Source of the DNA: an uncultured Pseudomonadota bacterium
GTDB lineage: Bacteria; Oederibacteriota; Muellerivitia; Muellerivitales; Muellerivitaceae
Assembly (NCBI GenBank): GCA_963770835.1
Contig: CAVYRH010000003.1
Location: 356,504-420,503, forward strand
Reading direction: 5' to 3'
DNA: 64,000 bases
Position 1 is the stretch's first letter. Each line of letters begins with the position of its first letter. The notes under the pieces are model-generated. The model ran no database searches and was not told the origin of the DNA. It worked only from the letters and a program-made list of their open reading frames with translations. Made by a program: the position numbers and the translations under genes. This document shows, piece by piece, positions 38,542-47,981 of this stretch.

Positions 38542-39855
38542 GTGCCTGAAATAGCGAATACGGCATTAAAAAAAACCCAAGGTATCCGTGTTACCCATCC
38601 TTGGATCGGGAAAATCCTTACTTTTTTCATGGTCTTTGGACCGGGATTGATCGTGATGGAAGCCGACAATGACGCGGGAGCTGTTTCCACCTATACCCAA
38701 GCGGGCGCGCAGTATGGAACCGGCCTTCTATGGCTTTTACTGATCCTGCTCCCGGTGTGTTATTTCATCCAGGAGATGGTGGCCCGGTTGGGAATCGCCA
38801 CGGGCCAGGGCCATGCCGCCATGATTTATAAGCGGTTTGGAAAATGGTGGGGTCGATTCTCTTTGATCGATCTCCAATTGGTTAATTTCCTGACTCTAGT
38901 CACCGAATTTGCGGCCATTAACCTTGCCACCTCCAAAATGGGATTGTCCCCAATGGTTACCGTCCCTGTTGTGGCGGTAGGAACACTCGTGATGGTTTTG
39001 ACCGCTAGTTACCGGCGATGGGAAGCTATCACTCTCTTTCTTTGCTTACTGGACATCGCATGGATCGCTTATGCCATTCATCTAGGTCCTTCCTTGGGCA
39101 CAGTGCTCCAAAAAACTGTTACTTTTTCCGCCCCTTTAAAAGGATTCACGACAGACTATGTCTTTTTGGTCATCGCAATCGTTGGAACCACCATTGCCCC
39201 TTGGCAGCTTTTTTTCCAACAGAGTTGTGTGGCGGATAAGCGATTAAGATTTGCCGATCTGGGCTCGGCCCGGTTGGATACCTTTATTGGAGCGGTTTTC
39301 ACCATCGTGGTAGCCGGGTGCATGATGCTTGTTGGGGACGCCGCCACCCGAACAACAGCCGGATATGTTTATTCAGATCCAGCTCAAATGGCCGAATCCT
39401 TGGGGCTCCATTTCGGCCCTATCGTTAAAAGCGGTCTTTTGATGCTGATGTGCAACGCGGCGGTATTGGGAACCACGGCCATTTCACTTTCCAGCGCTTG
39501 GGCCTATGGGGAAGTCATGGGATGGCCCAGTAGCCTGGAGTTGAAGCCTCGACAAGCTCCTGGTTTTTATGCCGTTTACGTTTTGGTGGTCTTAGCGGCG
39601 GCGGGTCTGGTACTAATCCCCCAGGCTCCACTTCAACTCATCATTATGGGCGTTCAGGTCCTGGCGGGAGTCATGCTTCCCTCAGCCATCATCTTTTTGC
39701 AATTGCTTTTGAATGATAAAGAATTGTTGGGGGAGCGATTCGCCAATAAGCCCTGGAACAACTGGGTGAATTGGACCATCATCCTCGTCCTTTTCTTCCT
39801 TTCCCTGGTTTTAGCGGTGCAAGTCATGTTGCCTCGATTGTTCGCCCAATCTTAG
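38542..39855 (+). CDS. NRAMP-family divalent metal transporter
   Basis: GPGLI...ADNDAG...TY.Q.GA.YG, QEMV.RLG, GTTI.PW..FFQQS. Confidence 0.9.
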   Translation: MPEIANTALKKTQGIRVTHPWIGKILTFFMVFGPGLIVMEADNDAGAVSTYTQAGAQYGTGLLWLLLILLPVCYFIQEMVARLGIATGQGHAAMIYKRFGKWWGRFSLIDLQLVNFLTLVTEFAAINLATSKMGLSPMVTVPVVAVGTLVMVLTASYRRWEAITLFLCLLDIAWIAYAIHLGPSLGTVLQKTVTFSAPLKGFTTDYVFLVIAIVGTTIAPWQLFFQQSCVADKRLRFADLGSARLDTFIGAVFTIVVAGCMMLVGDAATRTTAGYVYSDPAQMAESLGLHFGPIVKSGLLMLMCNAAVLGTTAISLSSAWAYGEVMGWPSSLELKPRQAPGFYAVYVLVVLAAAGLVLIPQAPLQLIIMGVQVLAGVMLPSAIIFLQLLLNDKELLGERFANKPWNNWVNWTIILVLFFLSLVLAVQVMLPRLFAQS

Positions 39856-39881
39856 AAAACAAATCAAAAGGAGTCGTCGCG

Positions 39882-40103
39882 ATGAAAAACAACTCAAGCA
39901 CAGTGAAGAAAGAAGAATCTTTCTTGGTCATTCATCCATTGGACGATGTGCAGGAACAAAAGATGGACCCAAATGGTTTGGGGGCCATGGGGATGACTCC
40001 ATTGGTAAAGGGCTCTTTGATCACCCTGAGGGTTTATTTGATATTAATGGTGTTGATGATGATTTACCACGTTTTGGACTTAGCGGGGGTTTGGAAGATT
40101 TGA
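39882..40103 (+). CDS. Small membrane protein
   Basis: AAGGAG RBS; C-terminal TM. Confidence 0.6.
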   Translation: MKNNSSTVKKEESFLVIHPLDDVQEQKMDPNGLGAMGMTPLVKGSLITLRVYLILMVLMMIYHVLDLAGVWKI

Positions 40104-40271
40104 TTTCTTTTGTGCATGAGAAAGGGGGGCTTTTGTTCTTTTTGAATTCGATGACGTTTTTTGCTCACAGGTCGAAAGTGAAAGCCGTTTTGACCGTGGT
40201 TATTATTTTATTTTGCTTTGGTGCTAACCGAACGCTTTGGGCCGAGGATACAGCCAGCACTGAGGTATTTA

Positions 40272-40308
40272 CCTGCACATGCCTGTCGCAAAAAGGATAG
40301 TGTGCAAC
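40272..40308 (+). repeat. 37-bp array repeat R6 (variant A)
   Basis: Identical to R1; cuts a signal-peptide ORF (..LWAEDTASTEVF) on its left. Confidence 0.97.
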
Positions 40309-40309
40309 C

Positions 40310-40672
40310 CAAACAATTTCGGAATTTGATTATTTTGAAATCCCTCTTTTGGCGCGATATCAGCTTCCGTTTAATTGGGCGATCAAACCGAGCATCTTTG
40401 TAGGACCAAGTTTCGCAATTCTTACAGGTGTTAACCAAACATTTAATCAATCTGGCGCGCCAAGCTATTCCAGCAACAGTAGCAGTGGTTTTTCATCTAC
40501 AGAGTGGAGCGTTACAGGTGGTCTGGAAGCGGATTGGGAGAACTGGCTTTTAAACATTCGTTACACCCAGGGGTTAACTCAAATGAATACTATGCCCGCG
40601 TCATCGGGTTCAGTTTATATCGGCGCCCATAACATAACCTTTTCGATTTTAGCGGGTTATAGGATTTGGTGA
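40310..40672 (+). pseudogene. 5'-truncated outer-membrane beta-barrel (PorT-like) fragment
   Basis: DYFEIPLLARY, IFVGP, RY.QGL, terminal GYRIW; frame starts at R6. Confidence 0.7.
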
Positions 40673-40722
40673 CATTCAAAGTACTAAAGAGTCTGAAAAA
40701 GCCATCTAAAGGCGAAGCAATT

Positions 40723-42060
40723 ATGAAAAACCAAAGAAAAAATCTCATCGTTTTTTTTACATTGGCAACATTTTGGCAACTGCAAACTGCTATTGCTGAT
40801 GTTTTGGTATCCGAAAGCCAACCGCAATTTTTGAAAAAGGAAAGCCTAAAAGACTTCAATAAAAATAACTCCGTTCGTGTGGGGATAGATAATCCTTTTG
40901 AAAAACTTGGGAAAGTGGAATTGATTTACCTGGATAGATTTTCGGAACTTTTGAAAATATTGCCTGTTAACGCACACAAAACAAGTTTTCTTACCTTCAG
41001 TTCCGACGAAGATGGAAAATATTTTGCAATTAATACCGACCTTGGGAATTTTTTGGTCAGCTATGAAACCAAATCAATTGTTTTTGAATTGCTGCCACCC
41101 TACACACAAAAGGTAATTTACGTCAGCCCCAACTCAAAATATTTTGTGCTGGCGACGGAACAAGATGGAATCAGCTTTACCGACTTCTACGACCTTTCCA
41201 CAAAAGATAAAGTTTTTACGGCGGATGGGGATTTGATGGTTGACCACTTTATGGGCGCCGATGACGGATATGTTTTTGGAAACTATAAAGGCCGTGATGG
41301 TTTGATCGATTTAAAGAACCCAAAAAAATTCAGCCAAATTTCTCCTGACGACGTGCCACGCCCAGGTCAGTACAGTTCATTAGGACCGGACCGGGTTTTA
41401 GGTTATTCGGAAAAGTTGGACCAAATGGTTATTTGGGATCTTCCCTCAATGTCGGTTGAGAAAAGCTTTGAATCGCTTCCCAAAGGCGTTCCGTTTTCAA
41501 ACAACTCCGGAACTATCGTCGGTTCTTTTGACGAAAACAAAGTGTTTTTCTGCGATCTAAAAAGTGAAACAGTAAAGGGGTTTGCGTTTAGCAATTTGGA
41601 CCAAAATATCTTTATGGAAATGGCCCCAGGTAAAAGAAGGGTCAAAACCATCAAAGAAGGTGTCGCGGGTTGGCGGACTTTTGATACTTTCGAAGTTGTG
41701 AAAATGCATGACGTTGCGAAAAATGAAACTAAGGAATTCTCGCCCTCGGATGAAGGGGACCAAAAGAAAACGGAAATGCACTTAGCCCGAAGCGAGGGAA
41801 CTGGAAACTATTTCGTTGTGAGCGGAGTGGACCCTGATGAGAGTGGCGATGGGTTTTATGTGAGGTTCACATTGTGGTCCGAGGGGAAAAACGCAAAGCC
41901 TCCTTGCTCCCAGATAGCCCATTTCGACGGCAATTTGAATTTGGATAAAATCATTCATTTTTCAGTTCCTTTACTTCCCAGCTACAAATTTGATTCGAAG
42001 ACCGACAGAATTTTAGGGATCAGCCGCGATGGGATACACTACAAATTTGATTTAAAGTGA
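40723..42060 (+). CDS. Secreted beta-propeller-like hypothetical protein
   Basis: Signal peptide; beta-rich, SPNSKY and IWDL motifs. Confidence 0.6.
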   Translation: MKNQRKNLIVFFTLATFWQLQTAIADVLVSESQPQFLKKESLKDFNKNNSVRVGIDNPFEKLGKVELIYLDRFSELLKILPVNAHKTSFLTFSSDEDGKYFAINTDLGNFLVSYETKSIVFELLPPYTQKVIYVSPNSKYFVLATEQDGISFTDFYDLSTKDKVFTADGDLMVDHFMGADDGYVFGNYKGRDGLIDLKNPKKFSQISPDDVPRPGQYSSLGPDRVLGYSEKLDQMVIWDLPSMSVEKSFESLPKGVPFSNNSGTIVGSFDENKVFFCDLKSETVKGFAFSNLDQNIFMEMAPGKRRVKTIKEGVAGWRTFDTFEVVKMHDVAKNETKEFSPSDEGDQKKTEMHLARSEGTGNYFVVSGVDPDESGDGFYVRFTLWSEGKNAKPPCSQIAHFDGNLNLDKIIHFSVPLLPSYKFDSKTDRILGISRDGIHYKFDLK

Positions 42061-42063
42061 TTT

Positions 42064-43326
42064 ATGAAGCCCAATAAAAAAATTTCTTATTTAACATTTT
42101 TTTTCATTTTCCTTTTGGCGAAAAACATTTTCGCGCAGTGTGGAATATCGATCTCTTTATCGGATCCGCCAGATGGGGGATGTACTGCGGTGGGTACAAG
42201 TGGATCGATCACAATATCTGGAACAACAGGTGGTGTGTCCGATGATGCAATTGTAACAATTCACTATGGGAATAATTTAACAACCACAAGTGTTTCGAGC
42301 GATAAGTTTAGCCAAATAGTTTCTTTGTCGGCTTCCGATAATTCTTTTGGCATAACGGCTATTGTTAGCCAGGATTGTTCTGTCTGCTGTGACGACTCAA
42401 GCCCATGCACTGACATGAGTTGCACCGATTCACAGTCAGTGACAGCTACAAGTTCATATACTTATCAATTGCAACCGGACATCAGTATCGATAGCCCGCC
42501 AGATGGTGACACAAAATCAGTTGAGGGGCCGAATTATTTTTTCACGGTCAGTGGTAGTACAACTAACGTTCCATCGGGCACGAATATAATTATTTCAGGC
42601 GGTATTGCGGCAGTTACTGCTACAACTTCGGTGTCAGGGACATTTTCCCATGCTGTTACCATCCAGCCTTCGTCTTCGTCCATCGACATTACCGCTTCGG
42701 TTAGCACTGGGGCATGTGGTTCAGCATCGGATACAGCCACAGTCAACTATTCCTGCCTTATGCCTTCCGTCAACATTACCTCACCAGCGGATAATACGGT
42801 ATTGACCGGGACATCCGCCACCACGGTAATTTCCGTTAGTGGAACAACAACAAATATTCCTGTCGGAACCACCGTCACGATAATCGCGGGAAGTGTGACA
42901 ATTTCCGCTCTAGTGCAAAACGGAGGTTCTTTCAACGGTTCTATTTCAATACCACAATCATGTAATTCGGTTGCTATTTCCGCGTCGGCTGATGTGGGTA
43001 GCTGTGGTACCCCCACTAGTTCCGTGAATTTTGAATACACTATTTCTGCTCCAACATTGAATATCATCTCCCCGTATCAAGGGGTAACTATTGGGGCCTC
43101 ATATCCACAACCCACGCCAACACCCTTTGCCGGAACCGATGATTCACTCTCCCTTCCTGTTACTGGGACCACAAACGCACCTGACGGCAGCCAGGTTGCC
43201 ATAACCGGTTCTGGAATTTCAGAAGTTGATACATCCGTTTCTAACGGGATGTTTGAGGCTACAATCCAAATTCCCCCTACGCATAACTACATAAATGCCT
43301 GCACATGCCTGTCGCAAAAAGGATAG
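42064..43326 (+). pseudogene. 3'-truncated secreted protein with tandem Ig-like repeats
   Basis: Four I.SP.D...VSGTT repeats; last residues CTCLSQKG* are supplied by R7. Confidence 0.75.
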
Positions 43327-43334
43327 TGTGCAAC
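43298..43334 (+). repeat. 37-bp array repeat R7 (variant A)
   Basis: Identical to R1. Confidence 0.97.
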
Positions 43335-43478
43335 ATATTGAGCTGTTTCCCAAAGTGAGAAACAGCAATAAGCCCCATAATCTCTTGGCACTTTTTAAAT
43401 TTTTAAAAACTTCGCCATTCATTAACAAACGCCTTTCAATCTACTAACTGTTGCCCAAAAGTTACTTTTCAAAAATAT

Positions 43479-43964
43479 CTATCGGTTAAAATATTTTTTA
43501 ACTTTTCCCAAAACAGAAGGTGTAATTTCCACATTTGGGTTATTTTTTTGTGCAAAATGTACCGCATCCACTAAAATCCTTAAATGATTGCTAGTCCAGA
43601 GAAAACTAACCATGACACCCCCGCGTTTAAAATCGATGTAGTAATTCCACGACCAATAAGCGCGTCTATAAATGCCAACAACTTCACTCCAAGGCCAAAA
43701 ATTTTCATCTTTTGGCTTAAATGAGTTTTTCATCGTGACTCCACTCTCGTCATAGGTCCATCGAGGGGTTAATGCTCGATTAAAAGCCACCAAAAATAAA
43801 AACAGACCAAAGACAACTATTAAGATTGGTTTCGTGATTTCGGCATCTGGTTCCCCCAATTTCTTCACAAGAACAAAAAGGCTCATCCCTAAAAAAAGTC
43901 CCATGAGCAAAACAGTGAATTTAGATCCATAAACTTTTGTGTTTTTCATTTCAAACCACTTCAC
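43479..43964 (-). CDS. Hypothetical membrane protein (immunity-like position)
   Basis: Two TM + PH-like soluble part, downstream of a truncated hydrophobic ORF. Confidence 0.55.
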   Translation of the reverse strand: MKWFEMKNTKVYGSKFTVLLMGLFLGMSLFVLVKKLGEPDAEITKPILIVVFGLFLFLVAFNRALTPRWTYDESGVTMKNSFKPKDENFWPWSEVVGIYRRAYWSWNYYIDFKRGGVMVSFLWTSNHLRILVDAVHFAQKNNPNVEITPSVLGKVKKYFNR

Positions 43965-43991
43965 TTAATCTTTAAAATTGAAAAAGAAAAA

Positions 43992-44219
43992 TCACGGTCC
44001 TGAAAACCACCCACTAATGGTGCTTATCGCATTGTTTATTACGGGAGCGGCTTGTTGTTGAATATATTTCCAACCTGCCGATGCCGCGGTCGAACCGGCA
44101 ACATAGGCAAGGGGTGCAAGCGCTTGTGTTCCCTCTTCCACCAGCGGAGCCAAAGGCCCCGAAACTGAGGCCAATGCTGCTCCCCCTGCTTCCAATGCGC
44201 CAACGGCCAAATCACTACC
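43992..44219 (-). pseudogene. C-terminal fragment of Gly/Ala-rich (Rhs-tip-like) protein
   Basis: GSDLAVGALEAGGAALA...GWFSGP*; frame begins at R8. Confidence 0.45.
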
Positions 44220-44256
44220 CCTGCACATGCCTGTCGCAAAAAGGATAGTGTGCAAC
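44220..44256 (+). repeat. 37-bp array repeat R8 (variant A)
   Basis: Identical to R1. Confidence 0.97.
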
Positions 44257-44365
44257 TACAAAATCCGTTCAATTGAAATTATACGATATAAATAATGAAT
44301 TAATTGGTAACAACAACCTTGGATTCAGTGGGGTTAATTTGGACACAATTTTTTTAGGCCGGTTT

Positions 44366-44402
44366 GTTGCACACTATCCTTTTTGCGACAGGCATGTGCA
44401 GG
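44366..44402 (-). repeat. 37-bp array repeat R9 (variant A, inverted)
   Basis: GTTGCACACTATCCTTTTTGCGACAGGCATGTGCAGG = exact reverse complement of R1. Confidence 0.97.
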
Positions 44403-44565
44403 GTTGAAAGTGGACTCCGCAATCCACGAGGTCAAGCAAGCGAAGGAGCAAGGTGGCAAGCCTGAATTCATCAAGTGCTACTACCCCTTCAACAACCTCA
44501 ACGACGAGGTTCTGCCCGAAGCCGAGAAGGTCTACAAGGCCCTCCCGGTGAAAAAGGGCAAGTAA
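44403..44565 (+). pseudogene. 5'-truncated ORF tail
   Basis: LKVDSAIHEVK...KALPVKKGK*; degenerate second copy of the 3' end at ~46071-46140. Confidence 0.5.
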
Positions 44566-44689
44566 GAGGAACGGCCCCGCCGGGGGCTTTGTACCCGGCA
44601 ATTAGTCTTTATTTGACTACGGTTCAATAAAGTTGTACCTTATAAATAAGTTTTACATAGTAAATATGTTTTACTTTTGGGAGGTTTTT

Positions 44690-44920
44690 ATGCTGATTAC
44701 ACACGTTTCCGAAAAAGGCCAAGTAGTCATTCCGGCTGAATTCAGGGAAAAATTCGGAATCAAGAAAGGAACTTCCGTCAAATTTTTTGAGAAAGACGGG
44801 GAGATACGCATGGTTCCCATGACCAAGGATTTGATAAGGAAGAACTGCGGGATTCTCGGGACCAAGGGGAAGCTTTTAAAGCTTTTGGCGGAAGAAAAGA
44901 AAGTTGAGCGCGAGCTTTGA
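44690..44920 (+). CDS. AbrB/MazE-family antitoxin
   Basis: VSEKGQVVIPAEFREKFGIK.G. Confidence 0.9.
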   Translation: MLITHVSEKGQVVIPAEFREKFGIKKGTSVKFFEKDGEIRMVPMTKDLIRKNCGILGTKGKLLKLLAEEKKVEREL

Positions 44921-45318
44921 AACATTACGTTTTGGACGCCCACGCTCTTTTGGCCTATTTGGAAGGGGAAGAGGGCAAGGAAGTCGTTGTTTCCGTTTTA
45001 AATGAAATCGCGGACGGCCACGCCGAGGCTTTCCTTTGTATCGTGAATTGGGGAGAGGTTTGGTACACGGCTTTTAGGGAGGGCGGGGAAGAAAGAGCGA
45101 TGCTGTATGAAAAAACGCTTGCGGAAATGGATATCCAGGTTTTGGACGTGGATAGGGAATTGACCCTTGTCGCGGCGCGTTTCAAAGGGACTCATAAGAT
45201 GTCTTACGCCGATGCATACGCCGCCGCCACGGCAAAATTGAGAAACGCCCACCTCGTGACCGGGGACAAAGAATTCAAATCCGTTGAAAAAGACATTAAG
45301 GTGAAGTGGATTCGATAA
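44917..45318 (+). CDS. VapC/PIN toxin
   Basis: YVLDA, E, SYADA, LVTGD.EF. Confidence 0.9.
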   Translation: MKHYVLDAHALLAYLEGEEGKEVVVSVLNEIADGHAEAFLCIVNWGEVWYTAFREGGEERAMLYEKTLAEMDIQVLDVDRELTLVAARFKGTHKMSYADAYAAATAKLRNAHLVTGDKEFKSVEKDIKVKWIR

Positions 45319-45384
45319 GTTTAAATATTTTAGTCGCGGGTAGGCTGGAGTTATTCGCCAGGTTCTTATTAGGAAAGGCTTTGG

Positions 45385-45702
45385 ATGAAAAGAAAATTCG
45401 TGATGATCCGTTTCAAAGCTAAATCTTCCCAGGCGAAGTATTGGGAAGAGTCCCTTAAGGCTTTGGGCGTGAAGGACTTCTCATCCTTCGCCCGTGGGGC
45501 CGTTCAGGCCGCCATCGAAATGGGCCAGAAGGCCCACGATCCAAAGTGGCAGGATTTCCTTGAGGCCATTCAACCCATGGCGAAAAAGAAACTTGGTTAC
45601 GGAATCTTCCACGGAGGGGCCAGGGTTACGGAAGGCTACGGAAAGAAACGCAAGGGAATTTCCGCCGAGGAGTACCGGCGCCTATTTGGAAAGAAGAAGT
45701 AA
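45385..45702 (+). CDS. Hypothetical basic protein (possible RHH DNA-binding)
   Basis: N-terminal strand-helix-helix pattern. Confidence 0.45.
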   Translation: MKRKFVMIRFKAKSSQAKYWEESLKALGVKDFSSFARGAVQAAIEMGQKAHDPKWQDFLEAIQPMAKKKLGYGIFHGGARVTEGYGKKRKGISAEEYRRLFGKKK

Positions 45703-45840
45703 AAATGTTGGAGGGGATTTTGATTAAAAAGGTAGTGGTGGAACACATGGGGCTTAAACTCACCAAGCCCGACGCTAAAACCCATGCGAAGATTGTTAAA
45801 GCCGCCGCAAAAGCCGACCGGGAAGGGACTTGGATTCCCG

Positions 45841-46035
45841 ATGAAAAAGTCCGGCCTGAAAGATACCGCCGTGGGTAACAAATCAAATGATATCGTTGAA
45901 CACAAGGGCTGGAAGTTTAGCAAGCCTTCACCCAAGGAAGCGGCAGAGATTCGCCGTGGGGTGGCCGAAATGAAAAGCGGCAAGGTCAAGACGATTTCTT
46001 CTCAAGACCTCATCAAACACTTGGAGAAACTTTAA
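45841..46035 (+). CDS. Small antitoxin-like hypothetical protein
   Basis: FSKPSPKEAAEIRRGVAEMKSGKVKTIS motif. Confidence 0.4.
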   Translation: MKKSGLKDTAVGNKSNDIVEHKGWKFSKPSPKEAAEIRRGVAEMKSGKVKTISSQDLIKHLEKL

Positions 46036-46214
46036 GAGCTAATGGTCCTCGAAGGAGAACAGCGGCCCTAGGGTCTACAAGGCTCTCCCGATGAAAAGGG
46101 CAAGTAAAGGAATGGCCCCGCCGGAGGCTTTGTATCCGGGTTTTCATAATATATTGGTTGACCTGTTATATGACATATGGTATAAAATACCATATCATAA
46201 AGATTAGGGTACTC

Positions 46215-46607
46215 GTGGAAGAAATTGACGTTTCGAAAATCAAATACCGCCTCATTAAGCTCCTTCAATATGAGAGCGATCTTAAAAAATTGGTGAGGTT
46301 GGAGCCCAAATTACACGAGGAAATACGTGACAGTATCAGGTTGGAAGTTGAATCCGGAAAGCTTGACGAAATCAAAGGTACGGGAGGATGGATAAAAGGC
46401 CGGGCAAAATCACCCAGCCGGAACATCGGGAAAAGCGGAGGCTTTAGATTCACTTACCTTCTTTTTCGTGTTCAACATGATATTTACCTGTTCTCAATTT
46501 ACGACCACAGGAATAAATTAAATTTAGACGCCAATGATTTAAAGGAACTAAAAAAAACCGCGGAAGGCATAAAAAAAGCCTACCAGAAAGAGGGAGGGGA
46601 TCGATGA
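46215..46607 (+). CDS. RelE/HigB-family toxin
   Basis: I.GTGG..K.R......GKSGG.R..Y, YL..IY. Confidence 0.85.
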   Translation: MEEIDVSKIKYRLIKLLQYESDLKKLVRLEPKLHEEIRDSIRLEVESGKLDEIKGTGGWIKGRAKSPSRNIGKSGGFRFTYLLFRVQHDIYLFSIYDHRNKLNLDANDLKELKKTAEGIKKAYQKEGGDR

Positions 46608-46957
46608 TGAAAAAAACAAAGGAAGAAAAGAAATTGTTCAGGGAAAGCCTTAGGGAAGGTCTCAAATTTGCCCAAGGGAAACCCGCCAAAGTTAAGGTCG
46701 AAAACCTTTTCATCCGCACTACAGGCCAGGATATAAAGGACGCGAGAAATATTCTGAAGGTTTCCCAACCCCAATTCGCCCGTATCATGGCTGTTAGTTC
46801 GGAAACGGTAAAGAAATGGGAGCAAGGTAAGAACCCGATTCCGGCGGCGGTTGGCTATTGGGCAGAAGGCATAAAAACTCACCCCTCCCAAACAAAAAAG
46901 CTTCTTTTCGAAATGGCGGGTAAATTGACGGGATTGGTTCCAGCGGCAGGACATTAA
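46604..46957 (+). CDS. HigA-like HTH antitoxin
   Basis: IK..R..L.VSQ..FA....VS..TV..WEQG. Confidence 0.85.
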   Translation: MMKKTKEEKKLFRESLREGLKFAQGKPAKVKVENLFIRTTGQDIKDARNILKVSQPQFARIMAVSSETVKKWEQGKNPIPAAVGYWAEGIKTHPSQTKKLLFEMAGKLTGLVPAAGH

Positions 46958-46987
46958 TTAAATTGCCATCCCCTTTGGAGGTGTTAG

Positions 46988-47379
46988 GTGATGAAGGAAC
47001 CTAAGAGTTTGACGGAAGTCAGAAAATGGAAACAGAGAGTTTCCAACGAGATGAACCGTCTGGGAATTGTAAAGTTTAATCAAAAGCATCGAAAAGAGAC
47101 GGATGAGTTCATAAAAAGTGTTTGCAAAAAGGAACTTATGCCGCCCTCGCGCTCAGTTGAACGCCGATTGTCTAAAGTTTGAATCTGATGAAAAAGACGG
47201 CCCACGGGCCAAGAGTCCCCAAGGTTGGGAGGCTGGTGGCTGAATTGGTTGAGGCTGTTTACAAAAACGCCCCTTTAAAGTTCAGGAAACCAACCGCCAA
47301 AGAGCATAAAGAAATCATAGTTCGTTATAAGGAAATGAAAAGCGGGGCCGTGAAGGGAATTGAAGTTCACCCCGAATAA
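46988..47379 (+). CDS. Two small overlapping hypothetical ORFs (46988-47182, 47179-47379)
   Basis: GGAGG RBS; second shares motif with 45841 ORF. Confidence 0.4.
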
Positions 47380-47479
47380 ATCCCAAAAAGGCTAGAAGAG
47401 GGTAGGACGCCCCTCCAAACCTCCCCCCGCGGAACAAAAAAAGCCCGACTCCTCTAGGAGCCGGGCCATTTTCCTTCTT

Positions 47480-47896
47480 TTATTTTTTAAATGAATTCGG
47501 TTTCCACTCCTTCCGTGGCCACGTTTTCGCCGGAGCAGGAACCGTTGGTTTTGAAACCATGGTCGCGCTGGCCGCCGCTGGCCTTGCGGCCGCAGGGACC
47601 GCGAATGCCGCCTTCTCCGGTTGCTTCCCCGTCCCGGCCTTTCGGTAATTCTCCAGCCCTTCCTTGGTGATCAAATCCTTCAAAGACTTGTTCAAGTAGT
47701 AGAAGGGAACAAAGCCCCCTTCCTTGAACTTTCTCGCCGGCAGATCCACGAAGGTTCCTTTGGAACCCTCGACGATCCTCATCCCCGGTAGCGTCACTTC
47801 ACACCCGCCATCGAACCCAACCTTGACGGAGAACGTCCCGACCTGGTGTCCCTTCCTGGCGATATTCAACTTCACAACTTCAATCTTTGGATTCAT
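47480..47896 (-). CDS. SpoVG-like nucleic-acid-binding protein, copy 1
   Basis: GMRIVEG.KG.FVDLP.RK; GAGGAGG RBS; hairpin terminator 47436-47472. Confidence 0.75.
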   Translation of the reverse strand: MNPKIEVVKLNIARKGHQVGTFSVKVGFDGGCEVTLPGMRIVEGSKGTFVDLPARKFKEGGFVPFYYLNKSLKDLITKEGLENYRKAGTGKQPEKAAFAVPAAARPAAASATMVSKPTVPAPAKTWPRKEWKPNSFKK

Positions 47897-47933
47897 TCGA
47901 ATCCTCCTCATTTTTATTTTGGGGTTTCGCGCC

Positions 47934-47981
47934 TTTTTACTGCGCCCCCCTCTACGAACGAGTAGGGGGGCGCGGTAAAAA
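47934..47981. promoter_or_regulatory. Conserved GC-rich hairpin upstream of SpoVG-like gene (copies at 50670-50718, 55194-55241)
   Basis: TTTTTACTGCGCCCCCCTCTACGAACGAGTAGGGGGGCGCGGTAAAAA nearly invariant in 3 copies. Confidence 0.75.

Noticed and set aside
26798..44402. Canonical CRISPR array
   Set aside because: Repeat length fits, but spacers are 109-7805 bp, one repeat is inverted, and no cas gene is recognisable.
26798..44402. Integron cassette array or dif modules
   Set aside because: No integrase; repeat lacks RYYYAAC...GTTRRRY bracketing, is shorter than attC, does not resemble XerC/D sites; cargo is not whole genes.
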